From: an uncultured Bacilli bacterium
GTDB taxonomy: Bacteria > Bacillota_I > Bacilli_A > RFN20 > CAG-826
Assembly: GCA_934140155.1 (NCBI GenBank)
Contig: CAKPBC010000001.1
Location: 32,981 to 96,980 of the forward strand
Length of the DNA: 64,000 nucleotides
Direction of reading: 5' to 3'
Part shown: positions 1 through 13,200 of the stretch, piece by piece
Numbering within the stretch: position 1 is the first letter of the stretch
Layout of the letters: each line of letters begins with the position of its first letter
Translations under genes and position numbers: made by a program
The notes under the pieces: generated by a model
What the model was told of the DNA's origin: nothing
The model's database searches: none
Seen by the model: only the letters and a program-made list of their open reading frames with translations

Positions 1-1734
1 ATAAGCAGCTTCAGATGAGTCGACATCATGGTAAGATCCATCGAATAATGTTGCTTTGATATCAACAACTGGATATCCAGCAATTAAGCCACGATTTAAT
101 GAATCACGTAAACCATCTTCAGTTGGTTTAATGTATTCACGTGGAACAGTACCACCGACGATAGCGTCGACGAATTCAAATCCCTTACCAGGGTTTGGTT
201 CGAATTTAATCCATACGTGACCATATTGTCCACGACCACCAGATTGTTTAATGTATTTACCTTCACATTCTGCGGCAGTTTTAATAGTTTCACGATATCC
301 AACTTGTGGAGCACCAACGTTACATTGAACGTTAAATTCTCTCTTTAAACGGTCAACAATAATATCTAAGTGTAATTCACCAACACCAGCAATAATAGTT
401 TGTCCAGTTTCGTTATTTGTATGAACACGGAATGTTGGATCTTCTTCAGCTAATTTAATTAAAGCTAAAGTCATTTTATCTTGGTCAGCTTTTGATTTTG
501 GTTCAATAGCTTCTTCGATAACTGGTTCTGGGAATTCCATTTTTTCTAATACAACATCTAATTTTTCATCACAAAGTGTATCACCAGTTGTAGTGTTCTT
601 TAAACCGATAACGGCTGCGATTTCACCAGCGTGTACTGATTCAACTTCTTGACGGTGGTTAGAGTGCATTAATACTAAACGTCCAAATCTTTCTTTGACA
701 CCTTTAGTTGAATTTAAGACATAACTACCAGCTTTAGCAACACCAGAATAAACTCTGAAGTAAGCTAAACGACCAACGAATGGGTCAGTAGCAATCTTAA
801 ATGCTAATGCTGCTAATGGAGCATTATCATCTGGAATACATTTATATTCTGATCCATCTGGTAATGTACCTACTGCAGGTGGGATATCAAGTGGGCTTGG
901 TAAGTAGTCAATGACTGCATCAAGTAATAATTGAATACCCTTATTTTTATAAGCAGATCCTGCTAAAACTGGGAAGAATTCGCCAGTTAAAACAGCTTTA
1001 CGAATAGTATTTTTGATTAAATCGACAGGAACTTCTTGTCCATCTAATACCATCATCATTAAATCATCATCGAAAGAAGCTAATCTTTCTAATAATTCTT
1101 GACGTAATACTTCAACTTTTTCTTTATATTCTTCAGGAATTGGTCCTTCAGTTGGAGCAGCAGCCTTATCACTAGAATAATTCCATGCTTTTCTTTCAAT
1201 AATATCGATAACACCGCTTAAGCTTGATTCAATTCCGATTGGATATTGAATAGCAGCAGCGTTAGCAGCTAATCTTGAGTGTAATGTTTCAACACACATA
1301 TCAAAATCAGCACCAATAGCGTCTAGTTTGTTTACGAAAACAATACGTGGAACGCCATATTTACTACCTTGTCTCCAAACAGTTTCAGTTTGTGGTTCAA
1401 CACCGTTTTTACCATCAAGTACTGTAACAGCACCATCAAGTACACGTAATGAACGTTCAACTTCTACAGTAAAGTCGACGTGTCCCGGAGTGTCGATAAC
1501 ATTAATACGGTTACCTTTCCAGAATGCAGTAGTTGCAGCGGAAGTAATTGTAATACCTCTTTCTTGTTCTTGAACCATCCAGTCCATAGTAGCTCCACCA
1601 TCATGGACTTCACCAATCTTATGAATCTTACCTGTATAGAACAAGATACGCTCTGTTGTTGTTGTTTTACCAGCATCAATATGGGCCATAATACCAATAT
1701 TACGGGTATGGGCTAAATCATATTCACGAGCCAT
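1..1734 (-). CDS. fusA: Elongation factor G, N-terminal 577 aa; C-terminus runs off the window edge
   Basis: Minus-strand translation from the ATG at 1732-1734 reads [31 protein letters not shown]... (G1-G5 GTPase motifs). It follows rpsL-rpsG in the str operon. No stop codon before position 1. Confidence 0.93.
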   Translation of the reverse strand, partial: MAREYDLAHTRNIGIMAHIDAGKTTTTERILFYTGKIHKIGEVHDGGATMDWMVQEQERGITITSAATTAFWKGNRINVIDTPGHVDFTVEVERSLRVLDGAVTVLDGKNGVEPQTETVWRQGSKYGVPRIVFVNKLDAIGADFDMCVETLHSRLAANAAAIQYPIGIESSLSGVIDIIERKAWNYSSDKAAAPTEGPIPEEYKEKVEVLRQELLERLASFDDDLMMMVLDGQEVPVDLIKNTIRKAVLTGEFFPVLAGSAYKNKGIQLLLDAVIDYLPSPLDIPPAVGTLPDGSEYKCIPDDNAPLAALAFKIATDPFVGRLAYFRVYSGVAKAGSYVLNSTKGVKERFGRLVLMHSNHRQEVESVHAGEIAAVIGLKNTTTGDTLCDEKLDVVLEKMEFPEPVIEEAIEPKSKADQDKMTLALIKLAEEDPTFRVHTNNETGQTIIAGVGELHLDIIVDRLKREFNVQCNVGAPQVGYRETIKTAAECEGKYIKQSGGRGQYGHVWIKFEPNPGKGFEFVDAIVGGTVPREYIKPTEDGLRDSLNRGLIAGYPVVDIKATLFDGSYHDVDSSEAAY

Positions 1735-1752
1735 TTGAAATACTTCCTCCTA

Positions 1753-2223
1753 TTACCAACGATAATGTGCATAAGCTTTGTTAGCTTCTGCCATTTTGTG
1801 AGTATCTTCACGTTTCTTAACTGATGCACCTGTACCATTAGCGGCATCAATAATTTCGTTACAAAGTTTTTCTTCCATTGTTTTTTCGTTTCTTAAACGA
1901 GCATAGTTAACTAACCAGCGAAGACCTAATGTAATTTTTCTATCTGGAGATACTTCAATTGGAACTTGGTAGTTAGCGGCACCAATTCTACGAACTTTTA
2001 ATTCGTGTTCTGGCATAATGTTGTTAATTGCAGTTGCGAATACGTCCATTGCAGGTTTTTCTGTTTTGGCTTCGATTCTCTTAAATGCGTTATATAAGAT
2101 AGTTTGAGCAGTTCCTCTCTTACCATCTACCATTATTTTGTTAATTAATCGTGTTACTAGTTTTGAGTTATAAATTGGATCTGGTAACACATCGCGTTTT
2201 GCAACGCTTCCCTTACGTGGCAT
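1753..2223 (-). CDS. rpsG: 30S ribosomal protein S7
   Basis: 156-aa ORF with a typical S7 sequence; str operon context. Confidence 0.95.
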   Translation of the reverse strand: MPRKGSVAKRDVLPDPIYNSKLVTRLINKIMVDGKRGTAQTILYNAFKRIEAKTEKPAMDVFATAINNIMPEHELKVRRIGAANYQVPIEVSPDRKITLGLRWLVNYARLRNEKTMEEKLCNEIIDAANGTGASVKKREDTHKMAEANKAYAHYRW

Positions 2224-2267
2224 ATAATAAATCCTCCTTCCTTAAACAATTGTTATTTGTTTAATCA

Positions 2268-2687
2268 TTATTTGCTTTCTTTAGGTTTTTTAGTTCCGTA
2301 TAATGAACGAGATTGACGGCGTTTTTCAATACCTGCGCAGTCTAATGTTCCACGGATAATATGGTAACGAACACCTGGTAAATCCTTAACACGTCCACCA
2401 CGGATCATTACGGTTGAGTGCTCTTGTAAGTTATGTCCTTCACCACCAATATAAGCAGTTACTTCATAACCATTTGATAAACGTACACGAGCGTACTTAC
2501 GTAAAGCTGAGTTTGGTTTTTTAGGAGTCATAGTACCGACACGGGTACAGACACCACGTTTTTGTGCTGCATCTTGTGATGTTTCTTTCTTTCTTAAAGA
2601 ATTCCATCTCTTGTTTAATGCAGGAGCTTTGGATTTAAATGTAGTTTTGCTACGACCATTACGTACTAATTGATTAATAGTTGGCAT
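2268..2687 (-). CDS. rpsL: 30S ribosomal protein S12
   Basis: 139-aa [15 protein letters not shown]...; conserved S12. Confidence 0.95.
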   Translation of the reverse strand: MPTINQLVRNGRSKTTFKSKAPALNKRWNSLRKKETSQDAAQKRGVCTRVGTMTPKKPNSALRKYARVRLSNGYEVTAYIGGEGHNLQEHSTVMIRGGRVKDLPGVRYHIIRGTLDCAGIEKRRQSRSLYGTKKPKESK

Positions 2688-2851
2688 TAGTATGTTCTCC
2701 TTTCAAATATTTCTTCTAGCAACACACAATTCCCGGTGTATCAATGTCATCTTTTTAAAAACGACCACTAGGTCTTGTGCACATGCGTAATAATTATACG
2801 ATATATAAATATATCAAGTCAACAATTTTTTTTAATTTATTCCGCTAGTGT

Positions 2852-2882
2852 CAAAAAAAATCCACATCTTATTGTGGACTTA
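2852..2882 (-). terminator. Rho-independent terminator after the M6-like lipoprotein gene
   Basis: Minus strand reads tccacaataagatgtgga (6-bp stem) followed by T8, immediately downstream of the stop at 2893. Confidence 0.6.
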
Positions 2883-2892
2883 AAAATTATAT

Positions 2893-4410
2893 TTATTTAT
2901 TTTTTTTAGTAAATGTTAATGTTGCCTTAGAAGAACTCAATTTATCAATTCTAATGTTATATTCTAATGTAGCGCCATTATTATATGTGAAGTCTTTTCT
3001 AAAAACATCTCCCCCAACATAAAGACTATCATTAGTAACCAAATTACCTTGCTTTAAATAATTATCACCATGCTTATCAATAATATAAACTAAAGGTATA
3101 TTGTCTTCTGAATAAGATAAAGTATTAGAATGCGCTAGTTTGCGATAATGGGGTTGCCCAGTAGAATCATATTTTTTTAGTGTTTCTGCTACTCCTTCAT
3201 CACCATCATAACCGATAAAAGGATTTTGAGCATATGTCATATAGTGACCAATACGCGCATCAACATGCATTATTTTAATTCCTGGTTTAGTCATTAAAGA
3301 AAAGTTTTTGTCTCCTGTAGTGTATTCTACTTTGCTATCATGAGCATTTAATCCTTTAGGAGAATATAATTCAATTAATAAATATTCATCCATTGCCGAT
3401 CCATTCCATGATTTAGAAGGTATCAAAATACAATCACCATTTTTATAAGAAGCATTAATAGTTATTGTTGTTTCATCTTGAATAACATAAGGCCTTGTCC
3501 AATTTAAAAGCATCTTGGAAAATGTATTTTCATCGCCTAGATTATAATCCATCATATCCATGCCACCCATTGGTTTAAATATTTGCGCAGCATCTTGAGA
3601 ATAATAATCACTTAGCCCTAACAAATGTCCTGTTTCATGAATATATGTATGAGTATCAACTTTAGCAAAATCTTCTTCACTATTCATATAATAATAACTT
3701 GCCCACAAATATGTTCTAGCTAGGTTATCATCATTTTTAAGTTCATTTGCAGTATAAGGCGGCATTGATGATTGATACGCCCATAAAGCTGTGTCTTTTT
3801 TTTGATAACGAGCCGCATAAATAAAAGCAATTCCATCAATATATTTATCGCTATCAGTGTTAAATTTAGATAAATCAACACCTTGACTCTTATAATATTT
3901 AATTGCGGATTTAGCAATTTCATTAACAATTTTTTTATCATTAAGTAAATCGTTTGTAGAATACTCACTATGATACCAATCCATTACTTCTCCACGCAAA
4001 TGCAATTTACCAAAACTAGAACTATTAAAATATGATGTAACTGAACTAAACACATTACGATTATCAACACCAAAAAAAGCATTATGGATTTTATTTTTAG
4101 CTTTGGTGCATCCACCATTTAATGTAGAGCAACTATAATCTGTAAAATCCACAGGAATAACTAATAATTGTCTTTCGCCAGTGGAAGGTATTGTGATGAT
4201 TTTTTCACTGCTTGAATATGGAAAATCTTGAAGTATTTCTTGATAATTCAAACTATATTTAGCTGGTTTATAATAACCTTCTTCTTGAATTTCTACATAT
4301 TTGTCTTTATCTTTCGAATAATTGTTAAAAGTCGATAAAGAAGATGCACTACAGCCTGATAAAAATAATACTAATCCTAAAACCAAAAAACTCTTTTTTT
4401 TCATTGTCAT
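2893..4410 (-). CDS. Secreted lipoprotein, M6-like (InhA-like) zinc metallopeptidase domain, paralog B
   Basis: Signal peptide plus lipobox (LFLSGC). HETGHLLGLSDYY zincin motif resembling the M6 HEXXHXXGXXD(E/Y)Y signature. N-terminal LVIPVDFTDY block shared with the paralog. Start chosen at MTMKKK (aggtaag RBS); the track ORF extends to 4470. Confidence 0.6.
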   Translation of the reverse strand: MTMKKKSFLVLGLVLFLSGCSASSLSTFNNYSKDKDKYVEIQEEGYYKPAKYSLNYQEILQDFPYSSSEKIITIPSTGERQLLVIPVDFTDYSCSTLNGGCTKAKNKIHNAFFGVDNRNVFSSVTSYFNSSSFGKLHLRGEVMDWYHSEYSTNDLLNDKKIVNEIAKSAIKYYKSQGVDLSKFNTDSDKYIDGIAFIYAARYQKKDTALWAYQSSMPPYTANELKNDDNLARTYLWASYYYMNSEEDFAKVDTHTYIHETGHLLGLSDYYSQDAAQIFKPMGGMDMMDYNLGDENTFSKMLLNWTRPYVIQDETTITINASYKNGDCILIPSKSWNGSAMDEYLLIELYSPKGLNAHDSKVEYTTGDKNFSLMTKPGIKIMHVDARIGHYMTYAQNPFIGYDGDEGVAETLKKYDSTGQPHYRKLAHSNTLSYSEDNIPLVYIIDKHGDNYLKQGNLVTNDSLYVGGDVFRKDFTYNNGATLEYNIRIDKLSSSKATLTFTKKNK

Positions 4411-4520
4411 CTTCTTACCTTTCATAGAAATAATTTTAACATAATTAGTGAGTAAAAAAAACCATATCATTTTAAATGATATAGTTTTTAGTAAATTTTA
4501 AAGTATTAATTTTTAGAATT

Positions 4521-6191
4521 TTAATTATTACCTGTTTTTTCAAATTTAATGGTTACACCATTCTTGTCCATTTTTTCAATAACAAATCTAAAGCCTAACT
4601 CATCGCCTTCATATCCATTTTTATCAACAGTTGGAACACCGGCTTTAGTAATAATATTTTGTCCTGTATGTAATTTGTAATTAGCGTAAGCTTTACCTTC
4701 ATAACCGAAGGAATCGCCTTCATGGAATAATGATGCATCTGTAGCGTAAGGAGTAATATATTGTCCTTTATCATTCTTTTGTTTAAATGAACATTCACCA
4801 GATGGTTCTAATAATTCAATTAATTTATATTCAGGAATTGCGCTTCTTGTAACTGAATTATCATTAGCAATATCACAATATGAGAATCTATTAGAAATAT
4901 CATCGATAAAATCAACGAAAATACCACTACTAGCAACTGTAACATTACCGCTTGCAAGGTCAAAACCAGCTAAGCGTGAGTCAACATGATATACTTTAAC
5001 ACCTGGTTTTTGGAATACTTGTGGATAAGAACCAGCAAATTGATGTTCTGAATCATATTTATTTAATCCTTCTGGTTGATAGTATTCTAATAATACATAT
5101 TCATCAAACATTGATCCACCCCAGTTAGCGTTAACAAGAATGAAATCACCTGAAGAATAGAAAGGTTTAATTGTAATTGTAGTTGAATCTCCTTTTACAG
5201 TAGAATTACTTACAACATATGGTTCAGTCCAACCATAAATCATTTTAGAATAAGCGTTATGATCACCAACGTTATTATCCATCATATCAATTCCACCTAA
5301 AGCACCATAGTCATCAATATAATTTTGTGGACCATAAGTGTAGTAGTCTGGTAGTCCCATAATGTGACCAGATTCATGAATAAATGTATGAGCATCTGGC
5401 AACCAGTCACCATTTTCATCTTTGCATTCAACATATTTTCCATCTTTAAGCATTTTGTCTTCATACATGAAGTCAACGCTAGCCCAGAAGTATGTTGATG
5501 CTACTGGTAATATATCTTTATCAGTATCAAGATTAATATCGGTATGTGAATTTGACCAGAATGTGTAAGCCCAGAACAAATCAGTTGTATCAATATTTGA
5601 GTTTGCTGGTAAAATTTGTGATCTCTTTGGAACAGTATAAATTAAATAAACAGAATCGATATATCCATCACCATTTTGATCGAAATCATCAATATCATCA
5701 TATTTACTCTTGTACCATTCAACCGCTTCATCTAGAATTCTATCAGAAATACCAGTATTATTGCCTTCCATTTGTAAAGCGTATTGTTGAGCTGATAATT
5801 CTGGTCTAAACCATTCTGTAACTTTACCACTAATATCTAATTTTCCATAACTTGACTTTTTATAGAATGATGATAAAGATTCCCAGTTTGTTTCTTCGGA
5901 TTTACCGAACATAGTTCTTCTAATATCATCTCTTAATCCATCACAGCCACCATATTTAGCAAGTTTAGTTGAACTACAAGGATAGTCAACGAATTCAACA
6001 GGAATAACTAATACTTTTTGTTTGCCAGTTGATGGTAAATCGGCTTTATGTCCTCTACTTTTACGAACTTGAGTTAATGAAGTTTTAAAGCTTGATCTTT
6101 TTACTCTACTTGGTCCTCCACAAGCAGTTAATGAAAAAGCTGTTGTAGCCACTACTGCAAGTGCAAATAAACTTTTTAAAAGTTTTTTCAT
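4521..6191 (-). CDS. Secreted lipoprotein, M6-like zinc metallopeptidase domain, paralog A
   Basis: MKKLLKSLFALAVVATTAFSLTAC lipobox. HESGHIMGLPDYY zincin motif. VLVIPVEFVDY block and overall similarity to the downstream paralog. Its own terminator hairpin lies at about 4478-4510. Confidence 0.6.
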   Translation of the reverse strand: MKKLLKSLFALAVVATTAFSLTACGGPSRVKRSSFKTSLTQVRKSRGHKADLPSTGKQKVLVIPVEFVDYPCSSTKLAKYGGCDGLRDDIRRTMFGKSEETNWESLSSFYKKSSYGKLDISGKVTEWFRPELSAQQYALQMEGNNTGISDRILDEAVEWYKSKYDDIDDFDQNGDGYIDSVYLIYTVPKRSQILPANSNIDTTDLFWAYTFWSNSHTDINLDTDKDILPVASTYFWASVDFMYEDKMLKDGKYVECKDENGDWLPDAHTFIHESGHIMGLPDYYTYGPQNYIDDYGALGGIDMMDNNVGDHNAYSKMIYGWTEPYVVSNSTVKGDSTTITIKPFYSSGDFILVNANWGGSMFDEYVLLEYYQPEGLNKYDSEHQFAGSYPQVFQKPGVKVYHVDSRLAGFDLASGNVTVASSGIFVDFIDDISNRFSYCDIANDNSVTRSAIPEYKLIELLEPSGECSFKQKNDKGQYITPYATDASLFHEGDSFGYEGKAYANYKLHTGQNIITKAGVPTVDKNGYEGDELGFRFVIEKMDKNGVTIKFEKTGNN

Positions 6192-6295
6192 AGAAATAAC
6201 CTCCTTAAAATTCTTAAAATCTATAAGTATATAGTATTATAGCAAATACACTTTATAAACACAAAGGTTTTGTAATTTTTTTCTAAATAATTAAG

Positions 6296-6330
6296 CTAAA
6301 AAACCACCTCATAACGAGATGGTTTAGTTT
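6296..6330 (-). terminator. Rho-independent terminator after rpoC
   Basis: Minus strand reads aaccatctc-gttat-gaggtggtt (9-bp stem with one G.U pair) followed by ttttt. Confidence 0.6.
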
Positions 6331-6346
6331 AGTGTTTAATTAATTA

Positions 6347-9300
6347 CTATTTTTGATCGAACTTTTCAATGTATTGTTGCTTTACTAAGTCCATCTTTGA
6401 TTTAACATCAAATGTTTCTAGTAATTCATCTTCTTGTTCATCGCTTAATAGTCCACGTCCTGCTGGAATTAATTTACCAGTAATAACGTTTTCTTTTAAG
6501 CCATGTAAGATATCAGTCTTACCTTTGATTGCGGCATCAGTAAGAATCTTTGCAGTTTCTTGGAATGAAGCAGCTGATAAGAATGATTCTGTTTCAAGAG
6601 CGGCTTTAGTAATACGTAAGATTTCTGGTACACATACTGCAGGTTTTCCACCTTTAAGTAAGATTTCTGTATTTGCTTCAGTAAATGCTTCTTTATCTAC
6701 TAAAGTATCTGGTAAGAGTTTTGTATCTCCACCATCAAGAATGTGTACTTTACGTAACATTTGAGAAACGATAACTTCAATGTGTTTATCAGAAATTTCA
6801 ATACCTTGAGCACGATATACTTTTTGTACTTCTTTAATGATGTATTTTTCAACTTCATAAACGCCAGCATTAATTAATAATTCAACTGGGTAAATAGCAC
6901 CTTCAGTAATCTTTTGACCAGGTTTTACTTCATCGCCAACTTTAACACGAAGTCTTGCACCAAATGTTGTTGTTTCAACTTTGGTATCATTTGTTTCTTC
7001 GTTTTCAATAGTGATTGTATAACAACCATTATTTTCCTTAATATCTTTAATTTTACCGCTAATCTTAGAAATAACGGCACGTCCTTTTGGATTACGTGAT
7101 TCAAATAATTCTTGAACACGAGGTAAACCTTGAGTAATATCGCTACCAGCAACACCACCAGTATGGAATGTACGCATGGTTAATTGAGTACCAGGTTCAC
7201 CAATTGATTGAGCAGCCATAATACCAACTGCTTCACCAATTTCAACTTCTTTACCAGTTGCTAAGTTCAAGCCATAGCAGTGTTTACATACGCCATGTTT
7301 TGTTTGACATCCAAGTAAAGATCTAATTTCAACGTGAGTAATACCAGCATCCACTACTCTTTGAGCATCAGCTTCAGACATTAATGTATTGCCTGGAACA
7401 AGAATTTCACCAGTAGTAGGATCAACGATATCATGTAATGAATATCTGCCAAATAAGCGGTCTTTTAATGGAACAATTACTTGATCTCTTGCAGTATCTC
7501 TAATTTCGCTTACTACAAATCCGACATCAGTACCACAATCTTCTTCTCTAACAACTACGTCATGAGAAACATCGACTAATCTTCTTGTTAAGTAACCAGA
7601 GTCAGCAGTCTTCAATGCAGTATCGGCTCCACCTTTACGGGCACCGTGAGTAGCAATGAAGAATTCGCTAACTTTAATACCTTCACGGAAACATGATTTA
7701 ATTGGTAATTCAATAGTTTCACCAGATGGGTTAGCCATAAGTCCACGCATAGCAGATAATTGAGTAAAGTTAGAAATGTTACCACGAGCGCCGGAATTAG
7801 CCATCATATAGATTGGGTTATCAATTTCGGTATCCATGTGTTTCTTAAGGGCAACTTCGAATTTCTTACGAATATTTTCCCAAATTTCAACAACTTTCTT
7901 ATGTCTTTCAGCATCGGTATAATAACCTTTTTTAGCCATGCTATTAACAGTATTAACAGCCTTATCTCCTTCTTCAATGTATGTTTTCTTTTCGTCAACA
8001 ACATTAATATCAGCAATAGAAACAGTAATACCAGCATAAGTAGAATACTTAAAGCCTTGGTCTTTCATCTTATCAAGAACGACAGATGTTTTAGTTGTAC
8101 CATATCTCTTAAAGATTTGATTGATAATTGTACCTAAATCTTTCTTACAATATGGTTTTCTAATTGGTTGATTAGCAATATATTCTTTGATATTTGTTCC
8201 TTTTGGTACAAAGTCACTAGCGATAGTTTTTTCAAAGTTTTTCTTATTACTTGGATCATTTAAATAAGGGAAATCAGCAGGATAAATCTTATTGAAGATT
8301 AACTTACCAACTGTAGTAATTAAATAACCATTATATTCTTCATCAGTTAAATTATCTTTATTGATTTCTTTACCTGGAATAGCAATACGGTTATGTAAAT
8401 TGATTTGTTTTGTTAAATAAGCACGTTCAACTTCATCAATGTTGCGGAATACTTTTCCTTCGCTTTCTGCATATAAGGTGAAGCGTTCAGCTTCTTCATG
8501 GTCGCCCATTTCTTCACACTTTTTAGCACGGCCTTCAAAGTATTCTTTAGTTGATTCAAGTGTTAAGTAGTAGTTACCAAGAACCATGTCTTGAGATGGA
8601 GTAACGATTGGTTTACCATCTTTAGGTCCTAAGATGTTATTACTTGCTAACATTAAATCAATAGCCTCTTCTTGAGCTGATTTTGATAATGGTAAGTGAA
8701 CAGCCATTTGGTCACCATCGAAGTCAGCGTTGAATCCAGTACAGACTAATGGGTGCAAACGAATTGCACGACCTGCTACTAACTTAGGTTGGAATGCTTG
8801 AATACCAAGTCTATGTAATGTAGGAGCACGGTTTAATAATACTGGGTGGTCGCTAATAATTTCTTCAACAATATCAAATACTTTTTCATCATAACGATCA
8901 ATCAATTTTTCTGCTTGTTTATGAGCAGATGCATATCCTCTTTTAATTAATAAAGAGACAATATATGGACGTAATAATTGAATAGCCATTTCACGTGGGA
9001 TACCACATTCATACATCTTTAAGTCTGGTCCAACAGCAATAACTGAACGACCTGAATAGTCAACACGTTTACCAAGTAAGTTTTGACGGAAACGACCTTG
9101 TTTACCTTTCAAGATACTTGTTAAACATTTAAATGTACGGCCATTAGGACCTTGTACAGGTTTATTTCTACGACCATTATCGATTAAAGCATCAACAGCT
9201 TCTTGCACCATACGTTTTTCATTTAAAAGAATAACAGATGGAGCATTCATTTCGATTAATCTTTTTAAACGATTATTACGAGTAATAACACGACGATATA

Positions 9301-10210
9301 ATTCGTTTAAATCAGAAACAGCGAAACGTCCACCTTCAAGTTTACACATTGGACGTAAGTCTGGTGGTAAAACAGGAATGCAGTCTAAGACCATCCATTC
9401 TGGTCTGTTTCCAGATGAACGGAAAGCTTCAATAACCGCTAAACGTTTCATTAATTTCTTTTGTTTATCTTTCTTAGAATCTTTAATTTGAGCACGAAGT
9501 TTTGCAGATTCAGCATCAAGATCAATTTCTTTTAATAATTTTTTGATTGCTTCTGCACCTTCGCCAAACTCAGCACCAGTGTGTTTAGAAATAAATGCTG
9601 CTGTAGTTTGGAAATCAAAAGGTTCTTGTGGATAGTTTTCTAATTTGCTAATTAACTCATTAGCGCGAGTATAGTCGTAACTATCTTTGTCTAATTTATC
9701 AACAAAGTCTTTAATTACAACTAATAAGTCTGCAGGACCATTCTTTTCAGAAATGTGTTGTCCTTTTGTTAAGAATTTAGATGTACCTGGATTAATAACA
9801 ACGTGAGCAGCGAAATAAATAATTTCTTCAAGTTGTTTTGCAGGTATATCAAGTACTAGACCAATACGTGATGGTACACTCTTTAAATACCAAATATGAG
9901 TTACTGGTGAAGCGAGCTCAATATGGCCCATTCTTTCACGTCTAACTTCTTTAGAAATAACTTCGACACCACATTTTTCACAAGTGACACCTTGATAACG
10001 AATTTTCTTATATTTACCGCAGTGACATTCGTAATCTTTAGAAGGTCCGAATATTTTTTCACAGAATAATCCGCCCATTTCTGGTTTTTGAGAACGGTAG
10101 TTAATAGTTTCAAACTTTTTAACTTCACCATGAGACCATGCACGAATTTTTTCTGGAGAAGCAAGAGAAATTTTAATTGACTTTAAATCATTAATATCAA
10201 ACATTTTCAT
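6347..10210 (-). CDS. rpoC: DNA-directed RNA polymerase subunit beta'
   Basis: 1287 aa with conserved beta' motifs (NADFDGD, Zn-finger CxxC...CxxC); adjacent to rpoB. Confidence 0.97.
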   Translation of the reverse strand: MKMFDINDLKSIKISLASPEKIRAWSHGEVKKFETINYRSQKPEMGGLFCEKIFGPSKDYECHCGKYKKIRYQGVTCEKCGVEVISKEVRRERMGHIELASPVTHIWYLKSVPSRIGLVLDIPAKQLEEIIYFAAHVVINPGTSKFLTKGQHISEKNGPADLLVVIKDFVDKLDKDSYDYTRANELISKLENYPQEPFDFQTTAAFISKHTGAEFGEGAEAIKKLLKEIDLDAESAKLRAQIKDSKKDKQKKLMKRLAVIEAFRSSGNRPEWMVLDCIPVLPPDLRPMCKLEGGRFAVSDLNELYRRVITRNNRLKRLIEMNAPSVILLNEKRMVQEAVDALIDNGRRNKPVQGPNGRTFKCLTSILKGKQGRFRQNLLGKRVDYSGRSVIAVGPDLKMYECGIPREMAIQLLRPYIVSLLIKRGYASAHKQAEKLIDRYDEKVFDIVEEIISDHPVLLNRAPTLHRLGIQAFQPKLVAGRAIRLHPLVCTGFNADFDGDQMAVHLPLSKSAQEEAIDLMLASNNILGPKDGKPIVTPSQDMVLGNYYLTLESTKEYFEGRAKKCEEMGDHEEAERFTLYAESEGKVFRNIDEVERAYLTKQINLHNRIAIPGKEINKDNLTDEEYNGYLITTVGKLIFNKIYPADFPYLNDPSNKKNFEKTIASDFVPKGTNIKEYIANQPIRKPYCKKDLGTIINQIFKRYGTTKTSVVLDKMKDQGFKYSTYAGITVSIADINVVDEKKTYIEEGDKAVNTVNSMAKKGYYTDAERHKKVVEIWENIRKKFEVALKKHMDTEIDNPIYMMANSGARGNISNFTQLSAMRGLMANPSGETIELPIKSCFREGIKVSEFFIATHGARKGGADTALKTADSGYLTRRLVDVSHDVVVREEDCGTDVGFVVSEIRDTARDQVIVPLKDRLFGRYSLHDIVDPTTGEILVPGNTLMSEADAQRVVDAGITHVEIRSLLGCQTKHGVCKHCYGLNLATGKEVEIGEAVGIMAAQSIGEPGTQLTMRTFHTGGVAGSDITQGLPRVQELFESRNPKGRAVISKISGKIKDIKENNGCYTITIENEETNDTKVETTTFGARLRVKVGDEVKPGQKITEGAIYPVELLINAGVYEVEKYIIKEVQKVYRAQGIEISDKHIEVIVSQMLRKVHILDGGDTKLLPDTLVDKEAFTEANTEILLKGGKPAVCVPEILRITKAALETESFLSAASFQETAKILTDAAIKGKTDILHGLKENVITGKLIPAGRGLLSDEQEDELLETFDVKSKMDLVKQQYIEKFDQK

Positions 10211-10218
10211 TGTCCTCC

Positions 10219-13200
10219 TTATTCTTCATCATTGATAGCATCAACAATGTCCATTGAATCTTCTTCATCAAAAGCATATTGATCAGTTAAATCTTTAACT
10301 GCTTGAGGAATACGATGTTCCTCTGCTTCTGCTTGTTTAGAAATTTCTGATGTATCAATTTCTGCACCATTTTGGTCATATAAACGGAAATCTAATGCTA
10401 AAGCTTGAAGTTCTTTTGTTAATAACTTGAATGCTTCTGGCATACCTGGTTTTGGTAATGGTTTTTGTTTAATAATAGCGTCATAAGCTTTACGACGTCC
10501 GACACGATCATCAGATTTGATTGTCATCATTTCTTGTAATGTGTGAGCGGCACCATAAGCTTCAAGAGCCCAAACTTCCATTTCACCAAATCTTTGTCCA
10601 CCTTTTTGTGCTTTACCACCTAAAGGTTGTTGAGTAATAATTGAGTAAGTACCAGTTGCACGAGCATGTAACTTATCATCGACCATGTGGACTAACTTAA
10701 TCATATACATGATACCAACAGAGATACGTTCATCAAAACGATCACCTGTACGTCCATCATAAAGAATGGTCTTACCATCTGGACTTAATCCAGCTCTATT
10801 CATTAAATCAAATATTTCTTCATTAGATATACCATCGAAAACTGGAGTAGCAATTTTCATGCCTAGTTTCTTAGCAGCCATACCTAAGTGAATTTCAAGA
10901 ATTTGACCAATATTCATACGAGAAGGAACACCTAATGGGTTTAACATAATATCAACTGGTGTACCATCTGGTAAGAATGGCATATCTTCTACAGGTAAAA
11001 TACGGGAAATAACACCTTTGTTACCATGACGTCCAGACATCTTATCACCTTCAGAGATTTTTCTCTTTTGGACAATATAGACACGAACTTTTTCATCAAC
11101 TTTTGGTGGAAGTTCATCACCGTTTTTACGTGAGAATACTTTAACATCAAGAACAACACCAGCACCACCATGTGGAACACGTAATGAAGTATCTTTACCA
11201 TCTTTAGTTTTATCAGCAAAGATAGCCATTAATAGTTTTTCTTCCGCAGTAGGTTCTGTTTGTCCTTTAGGAGTAATCTTACCAACAAGAATATCTCCTT
11301 CTTTTACTTCTGCGCCTGGAATAATAATTCCGCGCTCATCAAGATAAGTCTTAGCGTCTTCACTAATGTTAGGAACATCACGAGTATATTCTTCGTGACC
11401 AAGTTGAGTATTACGACATTCGCAATCATAAGATTCGATGTGAATTGTAGTATATACATCATCTTTAACTAATCTTTCAGACATAATTACAGCATCTTCG
11501 TAGTTATAACCATTCCAAGTCATAAATGCGATAGTGACGTTTTGTCCTAAAGCTAATTCGCCATTTTCCATTGCTGGACCATCAGCAAGAATTTGTCCGA
11601 CTTTAACTTGATCTCCAACTTTAACAATTGGATGTTGATTTATACAAGTTCCTTGGTTGGAACGCATAAATTTTTGTAAGTGATATGTACGATCTACGCC
11701 ATTATTAGTTGTAACAATCTTTGTAGAATCAACATATTTAACAATACCATCTTCCTTAGAAACAACAGCGATACCAGAGTCCTTAGCAATAAAGTGTTCC
11801 ATACCTGTTCCAATATAAGGAGCATGTGGATTTAATAAAGGTAAGGCTTGACGTTGCATGTTAGCACCCATCAAAGCACGGGTAGTATCATCGTTTTCAA
11901 GGAATGGAATACATGATGCAGCGATTGAAACGATTTGTTTTGGCGATACATCGATGTAGTCAATTTTTTCTTTTGGTGCTAAAACTGTTTCACCATTTTC
12001 ACGAGCAATAACTAAATCATTTTTGATGCAGTGATTTTCATCTAATGGAGTATTAGCTTCAGCAATAAGATACATTTTTTCTTGATCTGCTGTTAAGTAA
12101 TCAGCGGTTTCAAGGACACGGCATGTACCTTTTTCGACTCGACGATATGGAGTCTCAATAAATCCGTATTTATTAATCTTTGCATAACATGCAAGATTGT
12201 TAATAAGACCAATATTTTGTCCTTCAGGTGTTTCAATTGGACAAATACGTCCATAATGTGAATAGTGAACATCACGCACAGCGAATGAAGCACGTTCACG
12301 AGTAATACCACCAGGTCCTAAAGCAGAAATACGACGTTTATTTGTCAACTCTGCAAGAGGGTTTGTTTGGTCCATAAATTGCGATAATTGTGAACTAGCG
12401 AAAAATTCTTTAATTGCACTTGCAACAGGTCTAATGTTGATAAGTTGTTGTGGAGTAACTTCGGTTAAATCAGAAATAGACATTTTGTCTTTAACTGCTT
12501 TACACATTTTTGTTAATCCATTACGGAATTGATTTTGGATTAATTCACCAACACAACGAATACGACGATTACCTAAATGGTCAATATCATCTGTTTCACC
12601 AAATCCTTCTATAATATTCATAAAATATGAGAATGTAGCAAGGATATCAGAAATAGTTACACAGTTTAATGATTGATCTAAATCTGTACCAATAATATTT
12701 GTTGTTTTAGTTTGTTCTTCATCAACATAAACTTTAACAATATTAACTTTTCCATGTGCATCAAGGTTAGTATTGATTGGTAAAATTCTTTCATGAGCTC
12801 CTTTTTCAAAGAAACCAACATTTTGTAATTCATCAACCATTGCCTTAGTTAATAAAGTGCCTTTTTCATAAACGACTTCGCCATCAGCAGAAATTAAGTC
12901 TTCTGCTAAAACACGACCAGGTAAACGGTTATAAACTCCTAATTTTGAGGAATATTTATAACGACCAGCACATCCTAAATCATAACGTTTTGGATCAAAA
13001 AGTCTTTGAGTTAAGAATGTGATTGCACCAGCTTCGTTGTATGGTTCGCCTGGTTTTAATCTAATAAATATTTCTCTTAAAGCTCTAGTAGATGATTTTG
13101 TATCTTCATCTTTTTTAAGAGTATTTAAAAGCATTTGATTATCACCAAATAAATCAGTGATTAATTTATTACCTTCTTCAACATTTTGAACATCAAGAAT

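Noticed and set aside
3720-3968. 82-aa ORF inside the M6-like lipoprotein gene
   Set aside because: Same strand, different frame, inside a longer well-supported ORF.
6369-6764. 131-aa plus-strand ORF, and similar antisense or alternate-frame ORFs inside rpoC, rpoB, fusA, rplP (40677-40988), rplD (43939-44208), the GH3 gene, etc.
   Set aside because: Embedded in strongly conserved genes on the opposite strand or in another frame, with low-complexity Ser/Phe/Leu-rich translations and no RBS. Typical shadow ORFs.
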